Assembly (NCBI GenBank): GCA_963717845.1
Contig: CAVQXH010000001.1
Location: 45,825-109,824 of the forward strand
Source of the DNA: an uncultured Actinomycetes bacterium
Lineage (GTDB): Bacteria > Actinomycetota > Thermoleophilia > Gaiellales > JAICJC01
Length of the DNA stretch: 64,000 bases
Direction: 5' to 3'
In this document: piece by piece, positions 1-9,689 of the stretch
Numbering within the stretch: the first letter of the stretch is position 1
How the letters are laid out: the number at the start of each line of letters is the position of its first letter
Notes under the pieces: generated by a model
The model's database searches: none
The model's input: the letters and a program-made list of their open reading frames with translations, nothing else
What the model was told of the DNA's origin: nothing
Translations under genes and position numbers: made by a program

Positions 1-236
1 ATCACGTTCGTGCGCGACAGGAGCCCGGCCGGGATCTCGCGCCGGGCCGTGCGCGGATTGCGGGCATCGATGGCGGAGTCGATCAGGCGGTTCAGCGCCA
101 TCGCCAGGCTGCGGGCGCCGACCATCGCGACGGTGATCCAGAAGAGCTGGCTGGCCGAGGGCACCTGCCCGAGCGCGAGGATCGCGCCGGTGTAGGCGTA
201 CGGGAGCGCGAACACGGTGTGCTCGAGCTTGACCAT
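1..236 (-). CDS. UbiA-family aromatic prenyltransferase, N-terminal fragment (gene continues past window start)
   Basis: Minus-strand translation from ATG at 236-234 gives MVKLEHTVFALPYAYTGAILALGQ...AMALNRLIDSAIDARNPRTARREIPAGLLS. NRLIDxxIDxxNPRT is the UbiA-family Asp-rich motif. There is no stop before the window edge, so it is absent from the ORF track. Confidence 0.6.
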   Translation of the reverse strand, partial: MVKLEHTVFALPYAYTGAILALGQVPSASQLFWITVAMVGARSLAMALNRLIDSAIDARNPRTARREIPAGLLSRTNV

Positions 237-271
237 GCTCACGAACCTGCGGGCGTAGACGGCGGTTGCGC

Positions 272-745
272 TCAATGCGATGTCGGCAGGTCGAGCAGCA
301 GCCGCAGCCCGTGCTCGAGCGCGGGCGCGATGGCGTCGTAGAGCTCGGCGCAGGCCTTCGGGCTGCCGGGCAGGTTCACGATCAGCGCCCCTCCCCGGAT
401 CCCGCTGCGGCCGCGCGAGAGCATGCCGTGCGGCGAGACGGCGGTCGACACCGACCGCATGTGCTCGTCGAGGCCGGGCGTGGCCCGCTCGATCACCTCG
501 GCGGTCGCCTCCGGCGTGACGTCGCGCGGGGCGAACCCGGTGCCGCCCGTGCTCAGGACGAGGTCGGCGCCGCCGGCCAGGTCGCGCAGCGCCGCCGCGA
601 TCTCGGCCTGCTCGTCGGCCACCACCCGCCGCCCCGCGAGCTCGAACCCGGCGCCGAGCAGCTTCGCCTCGAGGACGTCCCCGCTCGTGTCGACGCGCGT
701 GCCGGCGACGACGCCGTCGGAGACGGTCAGCACCGCGGCCCTCAT
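272..745 (-). CDS. MogA/MoaB-family molybdenum cofactor biosynthesis protein
   Basis: 157-aa ORF containing LVLSTGGTGFAPRDVTPEAT, typical of the MoCF biosynthesis fold. ATGA overlap with the moaC stop at 742-745. Confidence 0.85.
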   Translation of the reverse strand: MRAAVLTVSDGVVAGTRVDTSGDVLEAKLLGAGFELAGRRVVADEQAEIAAALRDLAGGADLVLSTGGTGFAPRDVTPEATAEVIERATPGLDEHMRSVSTAVSPHGMLSRGRSGIRGGALIVNLPGSPKACAELYDAIAPALEHGLRLLLDLPTSH

Positions 746-1191
746 GCGGGCTCGCGTCTCCAGTGCCCGCTCTTCCCGCCCGACTTCTCCACCAGCTCGG
801 CGGTGGTGATCGAGATGGCCGGGTCGAGCCCCTTCGTCATGTCGTACACCGTCAGGGCGGCGACCACGGCGGCCGTCAGGGCCTCCATCTCGACCCCGGT
901 CTGCGCGGTCGTCTCGGCCGTCGCGGTGATCTCGACGCCGGTGTCCGAGAGGGCCGGGTCGACGGCGACCATCGAGAGCGGTAGGGGATGGCAGAGCGGC
1001 ACGATGTCGGGCGTGCGCTTTGCGGCCATGATCCCGGCAACGCGGGCGGTGGCCAGGACGTCCCCCTTCGGCAGGGTGCCGTCGGCGACGCGCAGGCGGA
1101 CGTGCTCGGGCATCACGACCTGCGCCCGGGCGACGGCGCGGCGCTTCGTGACCGGCTTCCCGCCCACGTCGATCATGCGGATCTCGCTCAT
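742..1191 (-). CDS. moaC: Cyclic pyranopterin monophosphate synthase MoaC
   Basis: 149-aa ORF with the MoaC signature AGIMAAKRTPDIVPLCHPLPL. Translationally coupled to the downstream MogA/MoaB gene. Confidence 0.9.
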   Translation of the reverse strand: MSEIRMIDVGGKPVTKRRAVARAQVVMPEHVRLRVADGTLPKGDVLATARVAGIMAAKRTPDIVPLCHPLPLSMVAVDPALSDTGVEITATAETTAQTGVEMEALTAAVVAALTVYDMTKGLDPAISITTAELVEKSGGKSGHWRREPA

Positions 1192-1289
1192 GCGGGCGGA
1201 AGTCTACGGCGCGAAGCGGGGATGCGACCCTGACCGGGCAGGGGCCTGGCCCCGCGCCGGGGGGCCAGGCCCCGATTCTGCGCCTGGCC

Positions 1290-2051
1290 TCAGGTCGTCA
1301 GGAACGGCTGCAGGGCGCGGGCGTAGGCCCGGGCCGAGCGGCCGTCGGGGTCGCGGCGGGGGTTGCCGCAGCACACGCTCACGCCGGCGACCCGGCCGGT
1401 CGCGGCCAGCGCCGCCACCTCCGCGGTGAGCCGCTCCGTGCTCCACCCGCCCGGGGCGGGGAAGTCGACGCCGGGCGCGGCGGCCGGGTCGAGCACGTCG
1501 CCGTCCAGGTGCACGTGGATCGGGGCATCGTCGGGCAGCGCCGCGAGCGCCCCGGCAACGTCGTCGGCGACCACCAGCCCCGACCGGGCGATCGCGGCCT
1601 GCTCGCCGGGATCGAGGTCGCGGGCGCCGACGAGCGCCGCCCGGGCCTCCGGCAGCGGCGGATCGAGCCCGGCCGCCGCCCGCAGCGGCTCGTGGCACCA
1701 GCCGAGCAGGATCGCGAACGGCATGCCGCCCAGGAAGCCGCTCGGGCTCGTCTGCGGCGTGTTCAGATCGCCGTGGGCGTCGAGCCACACCAGCACGAGA
1801 TCGGGATGCGCGTCGCGCAGGCCGGCGGTCACGGCGGGCGTGAGCGTGCACTCCCCGAGGAGCGCGAGCGGCATCGGGCCGGCGCCTGCGACCGCCGCGC
1901 GCACGCCGGGCAGGCCGGCGACCAAGGCGTCCGTGGCCGGCGCCTGCAGGTCGAGCGCCACCGCCTCGGCGTCGTCAACCCCGAGCGCGGCCGCGACCGC
2001 CGCCGGGCCCTCCTCCATGCCCGGGCCGTGGAACCGGCTCGACCAGCCCAC
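1290..2051 (-). CDS. Arginase/agmatinase/formiminoglutamase-family ureohydrolase
   Basis: This is the C-terminal part of ORF 1290..2696. It has the metal-binding motifs LDAHGDLNTP and HLDGDVLDP. I chose the GTG at 2051 because the otsA stop is at 2066; the ATG at 2018 is an alternative start. Confidence 0.7.
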   Translation of the reverse strand: MGWSSRFHGPGMEEGPAAVAAALGVDDAEAVALDLQAPATDALVAGLPGVRAAVAGAGPMPLALLGECTLTPAVTAGLRDAHPDLVLVWLDAHGDLNTPQTSPSGFLGGMPFAILLGWCHEPLRAAAGLDPPLPEARAALVGARDLDPGEQAAIARSGLVVADDVAGALAALPDDAPIHVHLDGDVLDPAAAPGVDFPAPGGWSTERLTAEVAALAATGRVAGVSVCCGNPRRDPDGRSARAYARALQPFLTT

Positions 2052-2065
2052 CTGGATGGTGCGTC

Positions 2066-3529
2066 CTAGCGTTGGACCGCCTCCGGCCGGGCGAGGGCGA
2101 GATCGTCCATGAGCGTCTCCACCCAGTGGGCGATGTCCTTGTCGCGCACCTGCGCGCGCAGTCCCTCGATGCGCTCGCGTCGCTCGCCGGGATCCATGGT
2201 GAGGGCGGTGTGGATGGCGTCGGCCTGCTCCTGGATGTCGAACGGGTTGACCGTGAGCGCGAACTCGCCGAGCTCGGGATGCGCCCCCGCGTTCTCGGAC
2301 AGGATGAGGACGCCGTCGCGGGCGTTCACGAGCGGCGCCTCCTTCGCGATCAGGTTCATCCCGTCGAAGATCGCATTCACGAGCAGCGCGTCGTACTCGG
2401 CATAGGCGGCCACCGCCTCGTGGAAGTTGTCCGAGATGCGCAGATCGATCGGCTGCCAGTCGCCGCGGGCGTAGAAGCGGTCGTTGACCTCGCGCGCGGC
2501 GCGCTGGATCGCCCCCAGGTACTCGGCGTACTCGGGGATGTCCTGGCGGGACGGGTCGAGCTTGGCAAGCATCGTCACCCGGCCCTCCCACTCGGGATGG
2601 TCGGCAAGGAAGAGCCCGAACGCCTGCAGGCCGCGGACGATGTTCTTCGACGGATCGGTGCGGTCGACGCGCAGGACGACCTTCTCGGGCCTCCACTCGC
2701 GCAGCGCCTCACGCTCGGCGAGCACGCGCTCGTCGGCGGCGAGGCGGTCGAACTCCGCCGGGTCGACCGAGATCGGATGCTCGCGCACACGCACGACGCG
2801 GCCGTCGACGTGCACCGTGTGCCGCTTGAAGTCGACGTCGGCGGCGGTGAACTGGTCGACGCAGTTCAGGAAGTTGACGACGTAGCGCGCGGCGTGCAGG
2901 CCGACGACGTCGGCCGCGAGCAGCGAGTCGTGGATGCTCGCGCGGATGTCCGGCGGCAGCACGCGCCAGTAGTCGGGCATCGGCCACGGGATGTGCGTGA
3001 AGTGGTGCATCACGACGTCGGGCACGGCCTGGCGGATCATGGCCGGCGCGACGAAGAGCTGGTAGTCCTGCACCATCACGAGCGGGCGCGAGTCCTCGTC
3101 GGCGGCCTCGAGCTCGGCGACCACGGCGTCGGCGAACCGGCGGTTGACGGGCACGTACCCGGCGTCCCAGGCGAGCCGGACGTTGCGGTCGACCGACGGC
3201 TGGTAGGCGAGGCCCCACAGATAGTGGTGGATGAACCACAGCGTGGGGTTCGAGAACACGTTGTAGTAGCGGTCGAACTCCTCGCGGTCGTGCACGACCA
3301 GGCGCACCGTCAGGTCGCCGTCGCGGTAGGCGCCCTGCTCGGCGACCTCGGCGTCCTCGTCGGTGAGCGCGCTCGCGATCCACGTCACCGGGCGCACGGC
3401 CGCGAGGCCGCTCAGCGCCGTCACCAGCCCGCCGCCCCCGCGGTTGGCCACGATCTCACCCTCGGGTCCGCGCGAGAAGCGCAGCGGCCCGCGATTGGAG
3501 ACGATCAGCAACGGCGGCTGGTCGGCCAT
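2066..3529 (-). CDS. otsA: Alpha,alpha-trehalose-phosphate synthase (GT20, OtsA-like)
   Basis: 487-aa ORF. It starts MADQPPLLIVSNRGPLRF and shows GT20-like sequence throughout (WIHDYQL-type region VMVQDYQLFV, C-terminal NLIAKEAP). Confidence 0.85.
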   Translation of the reverse strand: MADQPPLLIVSNRGPLRFSRGPEGEIVANRGGGGLVTALSGLAAVRPVTWIASALTDEDAEVAEQGAYRDGDLTVRLVVHDREEFDRYYNVFSNPTLWFIHHYLWGLAYQPSVDRNVRLAWDAGYVPVNRRFADAVVAELEAADEDSRPLVMVQDYQLFVAPAMIRQAVPDVVMHHFTHIPWPMPDYWRVLPPDIRASIHDSLLAADVVGLHAARYVVNFLNCVDQFTAADVDFKRHTVHVDGRVVRVREHPISVDPAEFDRLAADERVLAEREALREWRPEKVVLRVDRTDPSKNIVRGLQAFGLFLADHPEWEGRVTMLAKLDPSRQDIPEYAEYLGAIQRAAREVNDRFYARGDWQPIDLRISDNFHEAVAAYAEYDALLVNAIFDGMNLIAKEAPLVNARDGVLILSENAGAHPELGEFALTVNPFDIQEQADAIHTALTMDPGERRERIEGLRAQVRDKDIAHWVETLMDDLALARPEAVQR

Positions 3530-3610
3530 CGCCGCACCCTACCGAAGATGAAATACCCCCGCCGTCACCGCGGCCTCTTACCCGCCGCCGGCCGGGCGCA
3601 CACACCGCCG

Positions 3611-4879
3611 CTAGCCGGCGATGATCTCCAGGTCGGCTTCCTCGCCGGCCATCCGGTGCATCAGCGAGAGCCAGTCGCGGAGGAGCCGCGGCGTCAGGAA
3701 GCGCCGCCGCACGTGCTCCTTGGCCCGCCGGGTCATCTCGCGCGTGGCCTGCGGATCGGCCAGGACGGCCATGACCCGCTCCGCGCACTCCTCGGCCGAC
3801 GAGACCAGGTACCCGGTCTCGCCGTCGGTGATCTGGGCGACGATGCCGCCGACGTTGCCGGCGATGGTCGGGCGCGCCTTCCAGAGCGCCTCGGACACGG
3901 TCAGGCCGAAGCCCTCGCGGATCGACTTCTGGATGCACACCTCGGCCTGCACCTGGAACGCGTTCACCTCGACCGCGCCGACGTTGTTCAGATTCGAGAA
4001 CATGAAGATGTCGGGGTCTTCCTGGCAGTAGTCGCGGGTCGTGTTCCAGAACTCCCAGCCCTCGGGGTCGTCGTGCGCCATCGAGCCGACGAGGGCGAGC
4101 TGGACGTCGCGGTGGCGCTCCTTCACCATCCGGTAGGCGTCGATGACGCCCATCGGGTCCTTCCACGGATCGAAGCGCGACACCTGCAGGAGCAGCGGGC
4201 GGCTGACGTCGATGCCGAACTGGTCGACGATGTAGGCCGCGTCGTCGGGCGAGAGCGCCATGTTCTTCGGCGCGAGCGGATCGATCGCAGGCGGCCAGAT
4301 GACCGCCTCGCTGAGGCCGGCCCCCTTCGGCACGTACGCGGGCATGTGGAAGATGGCCGCGTCGTAGTCCTTCAGCCGGGGCGCGAGGAAGTCGAGCACC
4401 TCCGGGTTGGGCGTCGAGAGGTCGATGTGGCAGCGCCACACCCAGCGCGGCCGGCTGGTGGTCACGAACTCGCGCATCGCCATCGGCTGCGGGTCGTGGA
4501 CGACGATCACGTCCCACTCGTCGGCGTCGGTGAGGGCGTCGGCGTTCATCTTGTTGTAGCCCTCGAAGATCGCCTTCTGGTGGTCGGTGATGCCCTTCTC
4601 GTCGCCCTGGAGCGCGTTGTGGATCGTCTTCGTGACGTCGTAGAACTCTTCCCGGCCGTCGATGACGCGCCATTCGGCGTCGAGGCCGGCGTCGATCATG
4701 AGCGGGATCAACGTGTACTGGATCTCGGCGACACCGCCGCCGAAGGCCGTCGCCGAGAGGTGCAGGATGCGCTTGCCCTGCAACGGCTCGGCCAGCCGCC
4801 GGATCTCCTCGGCCAGCGTCCTGCCGATCAGCGAGTTGTAGTCGGCGAGCGACTTGTGACCGACGTTGACCTTCTGCAT
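3611..4879 (-). CDS. treT: Trehalose glycosyltransferring synthase TreT (GT4)
   Basis: The ORF is collinear with archaeal/Thermus TreT as I recall it: SLADYNSLIG, SATAFGGGVAEI, WRCHIDLSTPN, VSRFDPWKDP, MAHDDPEGW, SIREGFGLTVSEA. I prefer the ATG at 4879 (MQKVNVGHKSL) over the GTG at 4909, which would overlap the kinase gene. Confidence 0.85.
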   Translation of the reverse strand: MQKVNVGHKSLADYNSLIGRTLAEEIRRLAEPLQGKRILHLSATAFGGGVAEIQYTLIPLMIDAGLDAEWRVIDGREEFYDVTKTIHNALQGDEKGITDHQKAIFEGYNKMNADALTDADEWDVIVVHDPQPMAMREFVTTSRPRWVWRCHIDLSTPNPEVLDFLAPRLKDYDAAIFHMPAYVPKGAGLSEAVIWPPAIDPLAPKNMALSPDDAAYIVDQFGIDVSRPLLLQVSRFDPWKDPMGVIDAYRMVKERHRDVQLALVGSMAHDDPEGWEFWNTTRDYCQEDPDIFMFSNLNNVGAVEVNAFQVQAEVCIQKSIREGFGLTVSEALWKARPTIAGNVGGIVAQITDGETGYLVSSAEECAERVMAVLADPQATREMTRRAKEHVRRRFLTPRLLRDWLSLMHRMAGEEADLEIIAG

Positions 4880-4898
4880 CCGCGAAAACCTAGCAACA

Positions 4899-6290
4899 TC
4901 AGCGGTCACTGCCGCCAGCGTCGGACGGGAGCCGCAGCGCGAAGCTCGTCCGGCCCTCGCCGGAATGCACGGCGATCTCGCCGCCCATGCGCTGCGCGAG
5001 CTCGCCCGCGATGGCCAGGCCGAGGCCGCTGCCCGACGAGCTGCCCTGCGGCCCGCGCCAGAAGCGCTCGAACAGGTGCCGCTGCGAGTCGGCGTCGATC
5101 CCGGGGCCGTCGTCGGCCACGGTCAGGGTCACGTGGCCGTCGTCGGAGCCCACGTAGACGCGCACCTCGGTGCCCTCGGGGTTGTGGCGCACGGCGTTGT
5201 CGACCAGCACCCGCCCGATCTGCTGGACGCGCTGCTCGTCGCCGATCCCGTGCGGCAGGTCGCGCGGCGGTCGCGTCAGCACGACCCGGCTGCCGTGCCG
5301 CGCCGCCAGGCCACGGAACTCGCGCACGAGCCCCCTGGCCGCCGCGGCCAGGTCGACCGGCTCGGAGCCCACCTCGACCGCCCCCGAGTCGAGGCGAGAC
5401 AGGTCGAGCAGGTCGGTGGCGAGCTTGGTCAGCCGCGACACCTGCTCGCGCATCGTCAGCACGAACTCCTCACGCGTGGCCGGATCGAGATCCTCCTCGG
5501 AGAGCAGCTCCAGGAACCCGCCCAGCGAGAACAGCGGCGTGCGCAGCTCGTGCGACGCGTTGGCGATGAAGTCCTTGCGGGCGCGGTCGACCTGCGCGAG
5601 CCGGTCCTGCATCAGGTCGAACGAGCGCGCGAGCCGGCCGAGCTCGTCCGGGTGCTCGTCGCCGATCGGCTGGTCGAACCGCCCGGCGGCGATCCGGCTC
5701 GAGGCCGACTCGAGCTTGCCGACTCGCCGCGAGACCGCCACCGCGAGCGCCCAGCCGACGATCGTCGCGACGGCCAGGGCGAGGCCGGTGGCGATCACGA
5801 TCTGGCGCTCCACCAGCGCCGCGGCGGTGTTCACGTCGCCGACGCCCTGCGACAGCAGCACCACGCCATCGTTCCCGACCCGGAACGCCACGACCACGCC
5901 GCCGCCGGGCGTGCGGCCGGGCACGATCCGGCCGGGCACGGTGCGGCTGCGCGCGGCAGCCCGCACGACCGGGCTCGAATGCGCCAGCACCGGCAGGTTC
6001 ACGACCGTCACCGGCGTGAGCCGCCCGTTCGCGATCGTGTAGGCGCCGGCCTGGCCGTTGGCGAGCCTGGCCGAGCGCAGGAGCGCGCGGCGCATGTGCA
6101 CGCCGGTCGCGAAGGCCTTCGTCATCCCGGGGGCGACCTGCTGGTGGCGCGCGATCACCTCGAGCCCGGCCAGCCGGTCGGAGATCAGGTTCTGGCGCAG
6201 GCTGGGGACGACGTACAGGAACACGACCCCCATGGCGACGGCGACCACCCCCGTGAGCACCCCCACCAGCCGCAGCCGCAGCGACCGCAT
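4899..6290 (-). CDS. Sensor histidine kinase (HAMP-HisKA-HATPase)
   Basis: 463-aa ORF with N-terminal TM segments, an H-box FIANASHELRTPL, and a C-terminal ATPase domain containing GSGLGLAIA. Confidence 0.9.
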   Translation of the reverse strand: MRSLRLRLVGVLTGVVAVAMGVVFLYVVPSLRQNLISDRLAGLEVIARHQQVAPGMTKAFATGVHMRRALLRSARLANGQAGAYTIANGRLTPVTVVNLPVLAHSSPVVRAAARSRTVPGRIVPGRTPGGGVVVAFRVGNDGVVLLSQGVGDVNTAAALVERQIVIATGLALAVATIVGWALAVAVSRRVGKLESASSRIAAGRFDQPIGDEHPDELGRLARSFDLMQDRLAQVDRARKDFIANASHELRTPLFSLGGFLELLSEEDLDPATREEFVLTMREQVSRLTKLATDLLDLSRLDSGAVEVGSEPVDLAAAARGLVREFRGLAARHGSRVVLTRPPRDLPHGIGDEQRVQQIGRVLVDNAVRHNPEGTEVRVYVGSDDGHVTLTVADDGPGIDADSQRHLFERFWRGPQGSSSGSGLGLAIAGELAQRMGGEIAVHSGEGRTSFALRLPSDAGGSDR

Positions 6291-6293
6291 GGC

Positions 6294-6998
6294 TCAGGTC
6301 CCGTCGCGGAAGCGGTAGCCCACGCCGCGCACGGTGAAGATGAAGGCCGGCTCGCGCGGGTCGGACTCGATCTTCTCGCGCAGGTGGCGGATGTGGACGT
6401 CGATCGTGCGCGGCTCGCGGTAGGCCGAGTCGCCCCAGACGGACTCGAGCAGGGCCTGGCGGGTGTACACCCGGCCGGGGTGCAGGGCGAGCGTGTGCAG
6501 CACCTCGAACTCGACATAGGTGAGCTGGACGGGGATGCCGGCGACGGTGACGGCCCGCTTGGCCGGATCGATGACGAGCCCATCGGCGACGATGGCGCCG
6601 TCTGACTGCTCGCGCTGCTCGGCCACGAGCGTGGCCCGCCGCAGCACCGCCCGGATCCGGCTGCGGAACTCGCGGATCGAGAACGGCTTGGTGATGTAGT
6701 CGTCGGCGCCGAGCTCGAGGCCGAGCACCTTGTCGACCTCGTCGTCGCGCGCCGTCAGCATGATGATGGGGACGGCGGACTCGGTGCGCAGGCGCCGGCA
6801 CACCTCGAGCCCGTCGAGGCGGGGCAGCATCACGTCCAGGACGACCAGGTCGACGGGCTGCTCGGAGAACCGCCGCAGCGCCTCCTCGCCGTCGCGGGCC
6901 TGCACCACCCGGTAACCCTCCCGCTGGAGCGGGTACGTGAGCAGCTTCTGGATCGACTCCTCGTCGTCCACGAGCATGATTGTGGCTTCGCCGGTCAC
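6294..6998 (-). CDS. OmpR/PhoB-family response regulator
   Basis: 234-aa ORF with a receiver domain (IMLVDDEES...VLDVMLP) and a winged-helix output domain (TVRGVGYRF). It ends 3 nt upstream of the kinase gene. Confidence 0.9.
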   Translation of the reverse strand: MTGEATIMLVDDEESIQKLLTYPLQREGYRVVQARDGEEALRRFSEQPVDLVVLDVMLPRLDGLEVCRRLRTESAVPIIMLTARDDEVDKVLGLELGADDYITKPFSIREFRSRIRAVLRRATLVAEQREQSDGAIVADGLVIDPAKRAVTVAGIPVQLTYVEFEVLHTLALHPGRVYTRQALLESVWGDSAYREPRTIDVHIRHLREKIESDPREPAFIFTVRGVGYRFRDGT

Positions 6999-7106
6999 GT
7001 ACCGGAATCGTACGCGACCGGCCCCACGGCGGCCCGGGCGGGGCCTACGGCGGCGGCCGGAACGGCGCTACTGCGACCGATTGCGTGTGCTATAACCGCC
7101 GCTTCG

Positions 7107-8876
7107 GTGGCTGCTCCCGCACGCAGAAGGCCCGTCCGGCGCGGGTCGCACCGACCGCTCGTGTCGTGGCCGCTCCACGCCCTGCTGCTCGGAGTGTCCC
7201 TGCTCGTGCCGCTGGTCGCACTCCTGACGCTGTATCAGCCCGCGGCTCCGCTTCCGCCGGCGGCGCCGCTCCCGTTCAGCGGCGTCGCGGCGGCCAATCT
7301 CACCGGCCGGCTCGCGACGGCCGAGCGCGACAGCAGCGGCTCGTGCTGTGAGGCGGGCAGCGCCGGCGAGCTGGCTGCGGCCGACTGGGTGGCGACGCAC
7401 CTGAAGCCGTTCGACCCGAGCCCGCGCCGGATCGTGTTCGCCAGCAACCTGCCCTGGCAGTCCCAGCCGGTGCCGATGACCAACGTGATCGCCTACCGCC
7501 CCGGGCACTCCCGCCAGATCGTGGCCGTGATCGTCCACCGCGACGGGTCGACCGCCGCCGACCTCGCCGGCACCGCCATCCTGGTGGAGCTGAGCAAGGT
7601 GCTGATGAGCGCGCCCCGCGAGCGCGGCCTCGCGCTCGTCTCGACCGACGGCGGCCTGACGGGCGGGCAGGGGGCGACGGTGCTCGCCACCCGCTGGGCG
7701 CCGGCCTCGCGGATCGTCGCCGCGATCGTGATCGACGCGGCCGCCGCCGGCTCGGGCACCCCGCTTCACATCATCACCCGGCCGAACACGCCGCGCGGCG
7801 TCTCGCCCACCCTCTACGCGGCCACCCGCCAGGCGGTGACCACGTGGTACGGCAGCGCCCCCCGCATCCCCGGCGCCTACGACCAGCTCTCCGGGTACGG
7901 CATCGCGTACGCGCGGCAGGAGCAGGGCACGCTCCTGGCGCACGGGATCTCGGCGCTCACCCTGACCGTCGGCCGCGGCCACGCCCTGGTCGGCCCGCTC
8001 TCGGCCCTCGACGCCGGCCAGCTGGGCCGGGTGGGGACGACCGTCGCCAACCTCGTCGCCGAGCTCGACACGGCGCCGACGATCGAGCGCGACGGCTCGC
8101 CGGTGCTGCTCCTGTCGGGCAAGGTGATGCGCGGCTGGCTGGCGGAGGCCTCGATGGCGATCCTGCTCGCCCCCTTCATCGCGTGCGTCCTCGACCTGGT
8201 GGCGCGCCTGCGCCGGCGCAGGGTCGCGATCGCGCCGGGCCTGGTGGCGTTCGCCTGGCGGGCGGGCGCCTGGCTCGTGACCCTGGCGGCGATGTGGCTG
8301 CTCGCGGCCGCCCCGGGGCAGCTGCTCTCCGGCGTCGCCATCGCGCCGATCCCGGGACGCACCGGCGCGACGACGATGGGCATCCTGATCGCCGCGTGCG
8401 CCGGGCTCCTGTTCTGGCGGTTCGTCAGCCGCCCGCGGCTCGTCCGCAGCCACGCGACGACGGGCGAAGAGCGCACGGGCGGGCTCGCCGGCGGCCTGCT
8501 CGGACTGGCCCTCGCCGGCCTGCTCCTGACCGCGATCAATCCGTTCGCGCTGATCGTGATCCTGCCCGCGGCACACATCTGGCTGTATCTGCCGGCCGCC
8601 GCCCGGTCGGGCCGGCGCACGCTGCTCGCCGTCTACATCGCCGGCCTGATCGGGCCGGCGGCGCTCGTCTTCGAGCTGTGGACGGCGCAGGGCCTCGGCT
8701 CACAGACCCCGCGGGCGCTCGTGGCGATGACCGCCAGCGGGTACCTGGCCCCGGGCCTGTCGGTGAGCCTGGCTCTGGCTGCGGCCGCCGCGGCCCAGCT
8801 GGGGGCGCTCGTCGCCGGCCGGTACGCCCATCCGCATGCCCCCGGAGGCGGCGGCGCCGGGCACATGCCGCTATAA
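7107..8876 (+). CDS. Polytopic membrane protein with M28-like (aminopeptidase fold) extracytoplasmic domain
   Basis: 589-aa ORF. An N-terminal TM segment is followed by a region resembling the peptidase M28 core (NVIAYRPG...IVAVIVHRDG...VSTDGG). The C-terminal half carries many hydrophobic helices. The family call is tentative. Confidence 0.5.
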   Translation: MAAPARRRPVRRGSHRPLVSWPLHALLLGVSLLVPLVALLTLYQPAAPLPPAAPLPFSGVAAANLTGRLATAERDSSGSCCEAGSAGELAAADWVATHLKPFDPSPRRIVFASNLPWQSQPVPMTNVIAYRPGHSRQIVAVIVHRDGSTAADLAGTAILVELSKVLMSAPRERGLALVSTDGGLTGGQGATVLATRWAPASRIVAAIVIDAAAAGSGTPLHIITRPNTPRGVSPTLYAATRQAVTTWYGSAPRIPGAYDQLSGYGIAYARQEQGTLLAHGISALTLTVGRGHALVGPLSALDAGQLGRVGTTVANLVAELDTAPTIERDGSPVLLLSGKVMRGWLAEASMAILLAPFIACVLDLVARLRRRRVAIAPGLVAFAWRAGAWLVTLAAMWLLAAAPGQLLSGVAIAPIPGRTGATTMGILIAACAGLLFWRFVSRPRLVRSHATTGEERTGGLAGGLLGLALAGLLLTAINPFALIVILPAAHIWLYLPAAARSGRRTLLAVYIAGLIGPAALVFELWTAQGLGSQTPRALVAMTASGYLAPGLSVSLALAAAAAAQLGALVAGRYAHPHAPGGGGAGHMPL

Positions 8877-8884
8877 CAAGGGTG

Positions 8885-9689
8885 ATGGCCACCGGCACCG
8901 ACAAGGGCGCGGACGCCGGCCCCGCCACCGTGAGCGGCGACCCCGTGCCGGAAGGCTCGGGACGCGGCCGGCGGCGCCGGGCGACGCGCAGGCTGGGCAC
9001 CACCCTGATGGTGCTCGGCGTGCTGCGTGATCGCCTACGCCGGCGTGATCCTCTTCTGGGGCGACCCGTTCACGGCGCTGTACGCCGACTGGCGCCAGCA
9101 GGGCCTCTCGAGCGCGCTTGACCGCGAGATCAAGAGCTGGCCGGCGCCCGCCGCTGCGGCGATCACCCCCGGCGGGCAGGCCACCGCGCGCACGCGCGCC
9201 ACCGAGCTGCGGCTGCTCCGTCATGACGCCGCGACGTTCGCCCACAGGCTCAAGGGCGGGCAGCCGTTCGGGCGCCTGACCATCGGCCGGATCGGCCTCA
9301 AGGTGGTGGTCGTGCAGGGCACCGACTGGCTGCACGACCTCAGCCAGGGGCCGGGCCACTACTCGAACACGCACTTCCCCGGCCAGGGCACGACGGTCGC
9401 GATCGCCGGGCACCGGACGACGTTCGGCGCCTGGTTCCGGCACATCAACGACATCAGAAACGGCGACTACATCAGCCTGCAGATGCCCTACGCCACGTTC
9501 CGCTACCGCGTGCAGTTCCACGAGGTCGTGCCGAACACCGACTGGAGCATCATCCGCCCGCACGGCTACGAGCGGCTCGTGCTGTCGGCGTGCCACCCGC
9601 TCTACTCCTCGTCGCACCGCTGGATCGTCTTCGCCAGGGGCATGACCGCCACGCTCAAGGGCGGGATCACCGTGCCGCTCACGAGCTAG
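8885..9689 (+). CDS. Class E sortase; N-terminal anchor and catalytic domain lie in different frames as given
   Basis: The catalytic part (9027..9689) has IAGHRTTFGAWF and VLSACHP (TLxTC-type Cys). The basic/TM N-terminus MATGT...RRRRATRRLGTTLMVLGVL lies in the frame one nt back (8885..9026). The junction reads GTG CTG [C] GTG ATC GCC at about 9026. Confidence 0.75.

Noticed and set aside
2072-5569. Very long ORFs on the opposite strand or in alternative frames of real genes. Examples are 2072..5569 (+, 1165 aa), 22155..24476 (-), 22919..25471 (+), 9590..11092 (+), 10747..12771 (+) and 57768..60101 (+).
   Set aside because: Their translations are Arg/Pro/Ala/Gly-rich low-complexity strings with no recognisable motifs. 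They overlap genes with clear family signatures. Stop-poor shadow frames are expected at this GC content.
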